DNA of 62,397 nt, counting the filler. It is 4 parts of 4 records of this genome, joined end to end, with 100 filler letters (N's around TTAATTAATTAA, not from the genome) between each part and the next. Parts side by side here need not be neighbours in the genome. Positions count along the whole stretch, not along the records: positions 1 to 29,568 come from SRR31156797_153; 3 more parts are not named here. One strand, 5' to 3'. The position numbers and the translations under genes are program-made. Under the pieces are notes generated by a model. It did not search any database, was not told where the DNA came from, and saw nothing but the letters and a program-made list of their open reading frames with translations. Positions 1 through 12,940 of the stretch are shown here, one piece after another (within the stretch, counting starts at the first letter, position 1; every line of letters begins with the position of its first letter).

Positions 1-1290
<1,290 letters not shown>

Positions 1291-1296
1291 TTACCC

Positions 1297-3195
1297 TTAA
1301 GCCATTTGAATTACTGGTTGGCCAATTTCAATTTCTTGATTGTCTTGCTCTAGCTCAATTAAATTGAACTCATATTCATCACTGTTCATTACTATAAACG
1401 GCGTAGTTGTGTCATAACCTGCAGCAGCGATACTTTCTAGGTCAAACTTGATTAACGGGTCACCCGCTTTTACTTCCTGATCCAGCTCCACTAAACACTC
1501 AAAGAATTTACCTTTAAGCTCGACCGTATCTAATCCGACGTGAATTAAGACTTCCGCACCATTTTTTGATGTCATACCAACAGCATGTTTGGTTTCTATT
1601 ACCGATGAAATTACAGCATCACATGGCGCACGGACAACACCTTCCGTTGGCTTAATTGCTACGCCGTCACCTAATAATTTTTGTGAAAAGCTTTCATCAT
1701 TCACCGTTTCCAAAGAAACAACAGTGCCTTTAAGTGGGCTCACTAACGTTGCCGTTTTTTTCATTGTTGGAGCCGTTTCTACTTTCGGCGTTGCTTCAGG
1801 TTGTTTTGCTGCACCATTTTCTTTTTCATCGATTGGGTCTTCAAAACCAATCATATAAACCAGAACCGTAGTTGCAACAATCGCGACAGCCACACCAGCC
1901 AGTTCACCAATAAATGATGACGGGTTATCCGGGCTAATTGCGTTCACAACTGTTAACAGACCTGGCAAACCAGCAAACGCGTAGTAATTAGTACCGAATA
2001 GGCTAGCAACAACAGCACCTAGAGCTCCACCAATACAGCCACATATAAATGGTTTTTTCAGACGCAGTGTTACACCGTATAGCGCGGGCTCAGTAATACC
2101 GAAAATTGCAGTAATACCTGCTGAAAAACCCGTGGTTTTCATTAGTTTATTACGAGACTTAAATGCTACAGCAAATGCAGCTGCCATTTGAGCGATTACC
2201 GCAATAGCCTGAAACGCCTGGAACGAGTCGTAACCATAGTTTTCATAGTTAGCAAACACGACTGGTGTGATACCCCAGTGAACACCGAAGATAACAATAA
2301 CCTGCCAAATACCACCGATTAATGCAGCAGCAAGCATAGGTGCTGTCTCATACAAAGCGTTGTAACCACCTGCGATAGAACTTGCAACTAAGCTGGTTGC
2401 CGGACCGATAAGCACGAGTGTCATTGGAACCATAATCAACATACATACTAGCGGTGTAAACAGTTCACTTACAACGGCAGGTATGATGCGTTTTACGTAT
2501 TTCTCCACATAGCTTAATGCCCAAACCATAAAAATTGGAGGCAGTACAGAAGAGGTATAAACCGTCTTCGCTAGAGGAAGAGAAAGGAATGTGACAATAT
2601 CGCCGTCAGCAATTCTTGCTGCAATCGCACCCCATGAAGGGTTAATCAATGCACAAGCACACAAAACCGCGATAAATGGGTTACATTGAAAATGTTTAGA
2701 AGCGGTAATGGCAATAAACACCGGTAAAAACGCAAACGGAGTCCAAGACATAAAGTTCAGGACTTCAAACGTACCTGTACTCGCCACTGAAGGGAAAAGA
2801 TAATTGGCGAAAATCAGAGCCCCTTGTAAAATACCGGCAGCAGCCAGAATAAATACAATTGGAGCGAAAATTGCCGACATCGCAGCAATAACAGCGTCTA
2901 AGGTACGCACTTTCTGCTTACTTTCCGAAAGTAGACTAGAATCCACAAGTGAAGACATAGCTTCATGCACGTCCGATACATGTGTACCAATAACGACCTG
3001 AAATTGCCCACCGCTTAAAACAACGGTAATAACACCAGGCATCTGTTTAACTTTATCGGCAGCCCCTTCCGGAGTCTCTTTTAAAACTAAACGCAAACGA
3101 GTTGCGCAACGTGAAAACTGATTGATGTTTTCCTGCCCACCAACTTCTGAAAGTATATCTTTCGCCAGTTGAGCATAATCTCTGACCGCAGCCAT
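1297..3195 (-). CDS. bglF: PTS beta-glucoside transporter EIIBCA
   Basis: N-terminal EIIB (CATRLR), hydrophobic EIIC (GITEPALYG) and C-terminal EIIA (LIHVGLDTV); flanked by GH1 genes. Confidence 0.9.
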   Translation of the reverse strand: MAAVRDYAQLAKDILSEVGGQENINQFSRCATRLRLVLKETPEGAADKVKQMPGVITVVLSGGQFQVVIGTHVSDVHEAMSSLVDSSLLSESKQKVRTLDAVIAAMSAIFAPIVFILAAAGILQGALIFANYLFPSVASTGTFEVLNFMSWTPFAFLPVFIAITASKHFQCNPFIAVLCACALINPSWGAIAARIADGDIVTFLSLPLAKTVYTSSVLPPIFMVWALSYVEKYVKRIIPAVVSELFTPLVCMLIMVPMTLVLIGPATSLVASSIAGGYNALYETAPMLAAALIGGIWQVIVIFGVHWGITPVVFANYENYGYDSFQAFQAIAVIAQMAAAFAVAFKSRNKLMKTTGFSAGITAIFGITEPALYGVTLRLKKPFICGCIGGALGAVVASLFGTNYYAFAGLPGLLTVVNAISPDNPSSFIGELAGVAVAIVATTVLVYMIGFEDPIDEKENGAAKQPEATPKVETAPTMKKTATLVSPLKGTVVSLETVNDESFSQKLLGDGVAIKPTEGVVRAPCDAVISSVIETKHAVGMTSKNGAEVLIHVGLDTVELKGKFFECLVELDQEVKAGDPLIKFDLESIAAAGYDTTTPFIVMNSDEYEFNLIELEQDNQEIEIGQPVIQMA

Positions 3196-3238
3196 AATTT
3201 ACCCTTCCATTCTCGTTCAATTCCGAAAAACAGAAACA

Positions 3239-3265
3239 TGTAACCGGTTTCTGTAACCGGTTGCA
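3239..3265. promoter_or_regulatory. Two tandem LacI-family (AscG-like) operators
   Basis: TGTAACCGGTTTCT and TGTAACCGGTTGCA; the same motif recurs at 3443, 8030 and 8062. Confidence 0.8.
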
Positions 3266-3442
3266 AAAGTAATAATTTGTAAAAAATTGATCAATAGATA
3301 GTCTGAAAAATGGGGATAGCTCTCACATTAAAATCGCGAACTATTGCTTGAAACAAATCACAGATCTCATTTCATATTGATAAGAAATATATTGTTCTCG
3401 AGTTAATAATCTCATCAATAGATTAACTTTCTTAAGAAAAAA

Positions 3443-3456
3443 AGAAACCGGTTACA
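3443..3456. promoter_or_regulatory. LacI-family operator
   Basis: AGAAACCGGTTACA upstream of the divergent GH1 gene. Confidence 0.75.
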
Positions 3457-3556
3457 TTCTGAGTCAATTTGGTGTATGTTAAAACCAAAATTCAGTTAAA
3501 AAACGGCCATGGAAATTAATAAATCACTTAAAAATCAGAGTGTTTATTGACTTTAA

Positions 3557-5014
<1,458 letters not shown>

Positions 5015-5023
5015 CGCTTAACG

Positions 5024-5056
5024 AAAGTCACTAGCCACTCTGTTGCTGGTGACTTT
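5024..5056 (+). terminator. Intrinsic terminator-like hairpin
   Basis: AAAGTCACTAGC...GCTGGTGACTTT directly after the stop; a second hairpin at 5077-5108 likely serves the convergent gene. Confidence 0.6.
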
Positions 5057-5126
5057 GTCAATTACCATCAACGAAAAAGGCCCAGCGAATAAAAATCCGC
5101 TGAGCCTTATGTATTCACAATAAGTG

Positions 5127-5792
5127 TTATTTGCTAAGCAGCTCTTTAACTTGCGTCGACTCTACAAATTCTTTTAATGATTTTAGTTTCACATCCGCAA
5201 TACCAAAACGAGGATTGTTTTCCTGACCAGGCTCAGGTACACATATCGCTGTCATTCTTGCGGCCTTAGCGGCGATTAAGCCATTAACCGAATCTTCTAT
5301 CGCGAGGCAATGATGCGGTTCTGTTGCCAGTTTCTCTGCTGCATCCAAGTATACTTGAGGGTGAGGCTTACCATACGTCAGATGCTCAGCTGACACATAG
5401 ATTTCAAAGTATTTACCAATATCAAACGCAGATAGAACAGCTTCAATCAGGCGCAATGGTGAAGACGATGCCAGACCGATTTTTAAATTCGTTTGCGATA
5501 ACCACTTAAGTGAATCCACTACGCCAGGAAGTAACTCACCTTTAGAGTTAATTTGCTCAATCACTTCATCTAAAATTGCATTTTGCAGATCGACGCTGAC
5601 ACTTTCATCCAACCCACAATAGCGAATCCAGTAATTGGCTATCTCGTCAATACGTAAGCCTGTACTCTGATACGCGAGCTGCTCTGTAATTGTTCCACCG
5701 AATTTTGCGACAGCATTGACTTTAGCTTGACGCCAAAGAGGTTCTGAATCGACAAGTACACCGTCCATATCGAATATTACTGTTTCAATCAA
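5127..5792 (-). CDS. HAD-family sugar/hexitol phosphatase (HxpB/YniC-like)
   Basis: DMDGVLVDSEPLW, KPHP and EDS motifs. Confidence 0.85.
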   Translation of the reverse strand: MIETVIFDMDGVLVDSEPLWRQAKVNAVAKFGGTITEQLAYQSTGLRIDEIANYWIRYCGLDESVSVDLQNAILDEVIEQINSKGELLPGVVDSLKWLSQTNLKIGLASSSPLRLIEAVLSAFDIGKYFEIYVSAEHLTYGKPHPQVYLDAAEKLATEPHHCLAIEDSVNGLIAAKAARMTAICVPEPGQENNPRFGIADVKLKSLKEFVESTQVKELLSK

Positions 5793-5838
5793 AATCTTTT
5801 CCCTTATTTCAAAAATAAAAATATTTTAATTTCATACA

Positions 5839-6840
5839 CTAAGCGACAGCTGAAGCCACTGAATCTCGTATAAATAATTTCCCCTCGTATCGATGTGCAC
5901 GAGGCGGTAGGATTTCTTCTGACAGTCTAGCGGCAAGCTCCACAGCTTTGTGAGTCATTTCCTGTAACGGCAGTTCCGTCGTTGTTAATGCTGGCGACGA
6001 ATAACTCGCCATAGCGTGGTTATCAATACCCGCTATTGAAACTTGCTGGGGAACCTGAATGCCCGCTTCTGTCAGTGCTTTTAATGCCCCTAAGGCCATA
6101 TAATCATTAAATGCCATAACTGCAGTAAAAGGGGTATTTTGCTCAATAAGTTCTCGACAACAGAGGTATGCACCTTCTATTAAATAGTCAGCATGTTTAA
6201 CGAGCTGAGGGGAATATTCAAGGCCATGTTTCAACAAAGTGTTCTTATATCCGGCAAGACGAGATCTACCTGTCGGGTTATCCATTCTCCCCGTAATACA
6301 GGCAATTCTCTTGTGTCCGCATTTGATCAAATATTCCATCGTTGTTTCCACTGCACCTTCTTGGTCAAAAGAAACTGTGTGAAAGAGTTGCTTCGGAATC
6401 GTTAAGTTCATCAGAACCAAAGGTGTCGTCAAGTGACTATAAAGGTCCTGAATATAATCAAAATTGAGTGTTCGACTGTAAAGCACGATGGCATCACATC
6501 GCCCTTCCAGTTGTAAAACAGCCTCGTATTCCAACTTGGCGTCACCTTGACTGTCCGTGACAATGAGACTTTTATTGGCTTTTGCTGCACTGAGTGATGC
6601 CTGTTTAAGCATGCTACCAATATAGTCACCATCATAATTGGATACGACAAAGCCAATACTGTCGGTTTTGTTCATCGCCAAAGCCTGAGCCAGTTTATTG
6701 GGACGATAACCCAATTGCTCCATTGCAGCATAAACGCGATCTCGAGTGGCTTTCTTAACGTTGATCTTGCCACTAACCACTCTGGAAACCGTCGCTTTTG
6801 AAACCCCAGCCAATGCACTTACATCGCTAATATTACTCAT
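5839..6840 (-). CDS. LacI-family transcriptional regulator
   Basis: HTH ISDVSALAGVSKATVSRV plus sugar-binding domain; start moved to ATG 6840 (MSNISDV) to avoid overlap with the upstream gene. Confidence 0.9.
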   Translation of the reverse strand: MSNISDVSALAGVSKATVSRVVSGKINVKKATRDRVYAAMEQLGYRPNKLAQALAMNKTDSIGFVVSNYDGDYIGSMLKQASLSAAKANKSLIVTDSQGDAKLEYEAVLQLEGRCDAIVLYSRTLNFDYIQDLYSHLTTPLVLMNLTIPKQLFHTVSFDQEGAVETTMEYLIKCGHKRIACITGRMDNPTGRSRLAGYKNTLLKHGLEYSPQLVKHADYLIEGAYLCCRELIEQNTPFTAVMAFNDYMALGALKALTEAGIQVPQQVSIAGIDNHAMASYSSPALTTTELPLQEMTHKAVELAARLSEEILPPRAHRYEGKLFIRDSVASAVA

Positions 6841-6859
6841 TCCAAACTTGATACCTGTG

Positions 6860-7996
6860 TTAAAAAGCTTTCGACTGAATGGTAGATCTATGACTAGTAT
6901 TTGAGCTTTTTTCGTAACCAAACGCCAAAGTAAGCCCGACAGCACTGAAAAAGCTTAGCGCTATTCCAATTAAATAGATCACGGCTGAGTCAAATACAGG
7001 AACAGTGAAAATACTCTGGAAAACAAAAGACGTCATTTTTACCTGAAAATAACCATTAATAGCACCGCCAACCATGCCCGAGATAACCACAATTGGTATG
7101 GTTCTGCGGTAGCGCATAATCAACCCATAGATGATTGGCTCAGTGACACCCGCCAATAAACCAGTAAAAGCAGCAGGCCCTGCGATAATGCGGTCTTCTA
7201 CCTTACGAGCTTTTATAAATATCGCAAATGCGATACCCATTTGTGCAAATGTACTTGGCGCCCAAAGCGGGACAATAGAGTCTCCTCCGGCAGTTGCTGC
7301 ACTCGCAATTGCAACAGGAACAATTCCCCAGTGTAATCCGAATACAACGCAGAACATCATTCCACCGCCAATAACGATACCGGTCAATACCGAACTAAAC
7401 CCTTGCAGAGTATCAATTGCCGCTGCAAGCATATCCCCCAAAAATACACCAATAGGACCAAATAACATCACAGTTAACGGAACAATTACCATGAGACAAA
7501 TCATTGGAATCAGAAAAAGACGAACACTCTCAGGACAACGGTCTCGAATACTTTTTTCCAAAACCGCTAGCGCAACAACCGCAATCAACACTGGAAATAC
7601 AGTGTATGAATAATTCATAGCAGTAAAAGGAACGCCCACAAACGTACTGCTTCCTTCGCCAATAAGGCCAGTAAAAGCGGGTTCTAGTAGCGACGCACCT
7701 ATCGTGGCTCCTACGTATGGATTGGCTCCAAGCCGATAAGCTGCAGACCCTCCAAGTAGAACGGGTAAGAAATAAAAGACCGCATTTGATGCCGCTGACA
7801 GCGTTATATATGTACTGCTACCTGTGGCTAACCAATCGAACATCAGAAAAATAGCCAGCGTAGCCTTTAGCATCCCAGAGCCAGCCATCACGCCGATAAT
7901 AGGTGAAAAACTGTCAGAAACGACTTCTACAATATTTTCCCCAATCGATAAAACCTTTTTATATTTCGTTTGTGCCACTTTTACTTTTACCACCAT
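6860..7996 (-). CDS. Stand-alone PTS EIIC (Glc/Bgl family), no EIIB or EIIA domain
   Basis: AVFYFLPVLLG, FGLHWG and GVTEPIIYG EIIC motifs; no CxTRLR EIIB motif. Confidence 0.85.
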   Translation of the reverse strand: MVVKVKVAQTKYKKVLSIGENIVEVVSDSFSPIIGVMAGSGMLKATLAIFLMFDWLATGSSTYITLSAASNAVFYFLPVLLGGSAAYRLGANPYVGATIGASLLEPAFTGLIGEGSSTFVGVPFTAMNYSYTVFPVLIAVVALAVLEKSIRDRCPESVRLFLIPMICLMVIVPLTVMLFGPIGVFLGDMLAAAIDTLQGFSSVLTGIVIGGGMMFCVVFGLHWGIVPVAIASAATAGGDSIVPLWAPSTFAQMGIAFAIFIKARKVEDRIIAGPAAFTGLLAGVTEPIIYGLIMRYRRTIPIVVISGMVGGAINGYFQVKMTSFVFQSIFTVPVFDSAVIYLIGIALSFFSAVGLTLAFGYEKSSNTSHRSTIQSKAF

Positions 7997-8029
7997 TTGA
8001 CTTACTTGTTTTTATCACACAACACCAAA

Positions 8030-8075
8030 TGTAACCGGTATCAACCTAACAAAACATACCATGTAACCGGTTACA
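8030..8075. promoter_or_regulatory. Two LacI-family operators
   Basis: TGTAACCGGTATCA (8030-8043) and the perfect palindrome TGTAACCGGTTACA (8062-8075). Confidence 0.8.
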
Positions 8076-8326
8076 GATTAACTTGAAAAAATAATGCTTG
8101 TGATTAAGTTAACAAATAATCGGTAAGAGTGATGTTAGAAGAAGTCAATGATGGGTTAAGACTATTTATAAGCAAAAATTTAAAATCAAATCGGATAAAA
8201 GATTCATTTATTAACTAGTAACAATGTGATGGATAAAGTAAAAATTTAATAAAAATTCGTTTATAAAAGACATACCTAAAATACAAAGCTATCTTTTATC
8301 TAGAGAATTAGGACCGAGAAAAATGA

Positions 8327-10249
8327 ATGCGTTTACACAGTAGCCTGCCTAAACTGATGGTGTTTTTAGTCTCTTTTGGGGTGTTAATCGTCGCTACTGA
8401 GTTTTTAACTCGGGAATTTATTTTATCTGATCAAACAGAAACGGTCGCGCTTGCCAATGCCGATCTGAAAACACAAGAAAGAGAGCTTCTGCTCTTATCC
8501 TTCTTTGCTGATTCCGAAAACACCATCAAAGCCATCCGCGCCAGTGACACCTTTAACCAGTTCCTACAAACACCAAAACAAAAGCAGGATTTTGAACAAC
8601 TCGCTTTAACGATGGCCACAAGCCAGAAAGATATAATGAAGATCCGTTATATTGATAAATCGGGTATGGAAGTGGTGCGCGTCGATCGTGATAGGCTTGG
8701 TGAGTCAGCGGAAATTGTCAAAGGAAGCAAACTGCAAAACAAAGAACATCGATACTTTTATTATGATTCGATAACACGCCCTGCTGATAGAGTTTGGTTT
8801 TCCAATATCGACCTGAACGAAGACAACGGCAGAGTCGAAATTCCTTACAAACCGACATTACGCGCGGTGATGCCACTGTCATACAAAGGTGAGTTTGATG
8901 GCATTTTAATCATCAACTACTTCACCAAACCACTGTTTGATCAGTTTGCCAACAACCCTTTGTATCACTCTGTTTTAGTCGACAGCGAAGGGGAAATACT
9001 GCTCCATTACGACAAACAAAGAAACTGGAGCCGTTACAGCGGTAAAGGCAATATTGCGGCAGACATTCCTCACTTTAGTGAACTCACAAAATATGAAACT
9101 TATCGTTCCGATAAGCTCTTTGCACGCACGCTAGACTTACCAATCGATCAACAACTTGTTTTGATTCTGTCGTTAGATAAGGTTTCACAAGAGTTGCAAC
9201 ACAATCTCACTAAACAAAGCTTGCTGTACAGTTCCGGGCTTACGCTTGCTATAACGATTGTATTCGGATTTATTTTCGCAGGATTACTCAACAGATTCTT
9301 CACCGACTACAACAATCGAGGGGATTACATCGAAGAACTGAAAGATTTGAACCTACGTATTAATAATCTTCTTTTGAAGAACAGGGTGTATATGGACATG
9401 GCCAGTGATGGCATCCATGTTCTCGATGAAAATGGCAACATCATTGTTTTTAGTCATTCGTTCGCCGAAATGCTAGGTTATAGCGAAGAGGAAATGGCCA
9501 ACCTCAATGTCCGTGATTGGGAAGCGAAATTACGTCCTGAAGATATAAGCGCGGCCATGGCAACATTTGGCGATCAATCACAGAAGCTGGCCACTCAGCA
9601 CAAGAGAAAAGACGGTTCAATCATCGACGTTGAAATTAATGCAAAGTGGATTGACACCGAAGATGGACAATTCTTTTACGCTTCTTCCCGAGATATTACG
9701 GAGCGTATCCGTTTAGAACAAGAGTTACACAAGTTGGCAACCACCGATGAACTGACCCAACTTCCAACTCGAAGAGTTTTCATGGAACAATTAGCCAATG
9801 AAATGGAAAGGTTCCATCGCAAACAGAGTAGCGCGGTTTCGGTTATCTTCCTCGACCTCGATCATTTTAAAACAGTCAACGATACCTACGGTCACGCGGC
9901 TGGGGATAAGGTTCTTATCAGTGTGGCGGCGATACTTAAAGATGAAATACGTAAAGTCGATACGGTAGGCCGCTTAGGTGGTGAAGAGTTTGGTTTAATC
10001 TTAACCGGTACAACACAAGAAATGTCGATCCACTTTACCAACAGAATCCGTAAAAGAATTGAAGAGTCAGCTCTAGACATTGGGAATGCCATCATCAATT
10101 GCACAATTAGCATGGGAATGACGACCCTTTCAATTGAAGATACCAATATAGAAGATGTTCTAGAACGCGCAGACAAAGCCCTGTATCAGGCGAAAAAATC
10201 GGGTCGTAATAGAGTTGAAATATACACCCCTGATACCCAACAAGTTTAA
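8327..10249 (+). CDS. Membrane sensor diguanylate cyclase (Cache-like, PAS, GGDEF)
   Basis: Two TM segments around a periplasmic domain, a PAS domain (RDITER), DLDHFKTVNDTYGH and RLGGEEF. Confidence 0.9.
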   Translation: MRLHSSLPKLMVFLVSFGVLIVATEFLTREFILSDQTETVALANADLKTQERELLLLSFFADSENTIKAIRASDTFNQFLQTPKQKQDFEQLALTMATSQKDIMKIRYIDKSGMEVVRVDRDRLGESAEIVKGSKLQNKEHRYFYYDSITRPADRVWFSNIDLNEDNGRVEIPYKPTLRAVMPLSYKGEFDGILIINYFTKPLFDQFANNPLYHSVLVDSEGEILLHYDKQRNWSRYSGKGNIAADIPHFSELTKYETYRSDKLFARTLDLPIDQQLVLILSLDKVSQELQHNLTKQSLLYSSGLTLAITIVFGFIFAGLLNRFFTDYNNRGDYIEELKDLNLRINNLLLKNRVYMDMASDGIHVLDENGNIIVFSHSFAEMLGYSEEEMANLNVRDWEAKLRPEDISAAMATFGDQSQKLATQHKRKDGSIIDVEINAKWIDTEDGQFFYASSRDITERIRLEQELHKLATTDELTQLPTRRVFMEQLANEMERFHRKQSSAVSVIFLDLDHFKTVNDTYGHAAGDKVLISVAAILKDEIRKVDTVGRLGGEEFGLILTGTTQEMSIHFTNRIRKRIEESALDIGNAIINCTISMGMTTLSIEDTNIEDVLERADKALYQAKKSGRNRVEIYTPDTQQV

Positions 10250-10256
10250 ACTCCGT

Positions 10257-11204
10257 TTAGACCATACGACTTCGTGCTAAAGCTTGAGTTTGCTGCTTTA
10301 GCAGCTGAACAAAGCGCAGTTCTATATCACTTAGGCTGACGGTATCTGGAGTCACTAAATAGATGTCAGTCACAGGTAACGATTCGTACGGAGGAAGGGG
10401 CCACAACAAATTCTGTGCGACAAAGGGCTTCGCACTCTCAACTGTTAAGGCGCCAAATCCCAAGCCAGCAAGGATCATACGACGAACTTCTTCCAAGTTG
10501 GACGATATTCCCACCAGCTTCCCCCAAAACTGTTCCTGATCACGGAACTGTGCTATCGCATCCAACCCCTCTCCTGGTTGGTCACTTTCAAACGAAACGT
10601 AAGGTAAACCACGAATATCTTCAATCACCAGACCTTCTTTACCAAAGCAGGGGTGGCTACGACCACAGTAAAACCCCATCTGTTCGTATCCTAAGAAATC
10701 GCAACGAACACCGGTTTTCGCTATTTTTTTATTGCTTAAACCAATACGTAAATTGCCATCAATCACATGACTGACAATGTCTGCACTTGGATACGTATTG
10801 ACATTAAAGATAACGTTAGGAAAAAGGCTATGGTATTCAGTAAGCGTAGAGTCAAATGCCGGACACTGTAGATGGCTGGCTATTTCTATGTTCAGTTCAC
10901 CTTGGATATTGTCCGTTTGATCAACAAATTGATCCGCCATTGTCCCAACGATGCGTCCGACTGACGAAGCATATTCATACACTCTCATGCCATGTAGCGT
11001 GAGAGTAAATACCCCTTTTTTCCGCAGAATTAATCGCTTATCAAAATGTTCCTCTAGTCGCTTCAGTGCGTTACTCACACTCGGCTGACTGAGTGATAAC
11101 CTACGAGCGGCTGCACTGATACCACCCTCATTAACAATGATTAGAAAAGTATAAAGGAGATTCCAATCCAAATTACGCAGCAACCTTTCCTTGGCGTTTA
11201 ACAT
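10257..11204 (-). CDS. LysR-family regulator
   Basis: N-terminal LTTR HTH (ISAAARRLSLSQPSVSNALKRLE); divergent from the ABC/dgc operon. Confidence 0.92.
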   Translation of the reverse strand: MLNAKERLLRNLDWNLLYTFLIIVNEGGISAAARRLSLSQPSVSNALKRLEEHFDKRLILRKKGVFTLTLHGMRVYEYASSVGRIVGTMADQFVDQTDNIQGELNIEIASHLQCPAFDSTLTEYHSLFPNVIFNVNTYPSADIVSHVIDGNLRIGLSNKKIAKTGVRCDFLGYEQMGFYCGRSHPCFGKEGLVIEDIRGLPYVSFESDQPGEGLDAIAQFRDQEQFWGKLVGISSNLEEVRRMILAGLGFGALTVESAKPFVAQNLLWPLPPYESLPVTDIYLVTPDTVSLSDIELRFVQLLKQQTQALARSRMV

Positions 11205-11231
11205 TCTAGAGTCCTACTTAATCAATTTACC

Positions 11232-11248
11232 CATAGCGATAGACTATG
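11232..11248. promoter_or_regulatory. LysR-type binding site
   Basis: CATAG-N7-CTATG dyad in the divergent promoter region. Confidence 0.6.
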
Positions 11249-11347
11249 TATATCATATTTATTCATGATTATGGGTTTTAACTGACTTTGTACATACTCC
11301 ATTCATAAATTAATCAAAAATGCATCCATTACGAAAAGGACATCACA

Positions 11348-12127
11348 ATGGCAAAAGCAAAACTATTAAGCACTTTGTTGGCATCAAGTATCGGTCTTCT
11401 TGCATCAACAGGTGCCAGTGCAGAATCCATTAAAATCGGTACTGAAGGCGCATACCCTCCATTCAACTACTACACAGCAGACGGTCAATTGGCCGGTTTC
11501 GATATCGAAATTGGTAAAGCGCTTTGTGAAAATATGAAAATTGAGTGTGAATTCGTCGCACAAGATTGGGATGGAATTATCCCTGCGCTCCTTGCTGGTA
11601 AATATGACGTCATTCTGGCTTCAATGTTTATTACTGACGAGCGTAAAAAGCAGGTTTCTTTTAGTCAGCCTTATCAGGCGTCTGCCATGACTTTTGTTGT
11701 TGATAAAAACTCTGGTATTAAAGATGTTTCTCCTAAGGCGTTGAAAGGCATGATCATTGGTGCTCAAAGTTCGACAACACAAGCTGAGTTCTTACTTGCT
11801 CAATATCCTGACTCAGAAGTTCGCCTTTACCCTACTCAAGATGCTGTAAACCTTGATCTGGCGAGTGGCAGAATTGACGCACAAGCTGGTGACATCATGC
11901 CAATGACAGACTGGTTAGCGACTGATGACGGTTCTTGCTGCGAAAAATCTGGCGCTTTAATCACTGACCGCACCTATGTGGGTGACGGAGTCGGTATGGC
12001 ATTACGTAAAGAAGACAAAGAGCTACTACAACGCTTAAACAAAGCTCTGGCAAATATCATTGAAGATGGTACATATCAGAAAATTAACGATGAGTACTTC
12101 TCTATCAACCTATTAACGCTTAAGTAA
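11348..12127 (+). CDS. Polar amino-acid ABC transporter substrate-binding protein
   Basis: Signal peptide, GTEGAYPPFN and WDGIIPALLAGKYD. Confidence 0.92.
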   Translation: MAKAKLLSTLLASSIGLLASTGASAESIKIGTEGAYPPFNYYTADGQLAGFDIEIGKALCENMKIECEFVAQDWDGIIPALLAGKYDVILASMFITDERKKQVSFSQPYQASAMTFVVDKNSGIKDVSPKALKGMIIGAQSSTTQAEFLLAQYPDSEVRLYPTQDAVNLDLASGRIDAQAGDIMPMTDWLATDDGSCCEKSGALITDRTYVGDGVGMALRKEDKELLQRLNKALANIIEDGTYQKINDEYFSINLLTLK

Positions 12128-12148
12128 GCTGTAGAAAATCAGGTTCAG

Positions 12149-12170
12149 TCGGTGGCTTCATTGCCACCGA
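12149..12170 (+). other. Intercistronic hairpin after the binding-protein gene
   Basis: TCGGTGGC-TTCATT-GCCACCGA with no U-tract. Confidence 0.55.
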
Positions 12171-12211
12171 GATTTACTCATAATCGTGAGAACAAAAGAG
12201 AGAATTGAGCA

Positions 12212-12928
12212 ATGGATTATCTGATGTACCTCAGTTTAGGGGATCAGGGATGGGGTGATGAACTGCTTAAAGGCTTAGCGGTTACACTTGGGTTAGCACT
12301 CTGTGCTCTCCCTGTCGGGATGGTCGTCGGCACTGGTGTTGCTGCACTCTCTGTGAGTCATAAACCTGCGAACAGGTGGTTTGCAACCACTTACACAACC
12401 GTTCTTAGAGGTCTACCTGAACTGCTCACTCTGTTTATCATCTATCACGGTGTCGGTTTACTGATTAACAACACGCTAAAATGGCTCGATCCAAGCAACG
12501 GATTTTTCGAACTGAACCCTTTTGGAGCAGGTGTTATCGCATTAGGTTTAGTGTTTAGTAGCTATGCCGCTGAGGTACTGCGTGGCGCTTGGAAAGCCAT
12601 AGATAAAGGACAGCGCGAAGCAGGCTATTCACTTTCTATGAGCCGCTGGATGATCTTCTGGCACATAGAGCGACCGCAGTTATTACGCTTAGCGCTTCCG
12701 GGGTTAGGGAACCTGTGGATCAACTTATTAAAAGACACGGCCTTAGTTTCCGTCATAGCACTCAACGATTTAATGCGCGCAGCCAATATCGCCGTCGGTG
12801 CCACAAAAAAGCCGTTCTTATTTTATCTAACCATTTGTTTGGTTTACTGGGCAGTTTGTGCCTGCTTTGAGCGTTTGATATCAAGAATGGAAATTCATTC
12901 GAAACGTGGAATACGTGTTAGCCGTTAA
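12212..12928 (+). CDS. Amino-acid ABC permease (HisQ-like)
   Basis: RGLPELL, GQREAG EAA loop, LLKDTALVSVI. Confidence 0.9.
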   Translation: MDYLMYLSLGDQGWGDELLKGLAVTLGLALCALPVGMVVGTGVAALSVSHKPANRWFATTYTTVLRGLPELLTLFIIYHGVGLLINNTLKWLDPSNGFFELNPFGAGVIALGLVFSSYAAEVLRGAWKAIDKGQREAGYSLSMSRWMIFWHIERPQLLRLALPGLGNLWINLLKDTALVSVIALNDLMRAANIAVGATKKPFLFYLTICLVYWAVCACFERLISRMEIHSKRGIRVSR

Positions 12929-12940
12929 CTGGAGACAGGA

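Noticed and set aside
6841-6945. N-terminal extension of the LacI ORF
   Set aside because: It overlaps the EIIC gene; LacI HTH domains begin at the N-terminus (MSNISDV).
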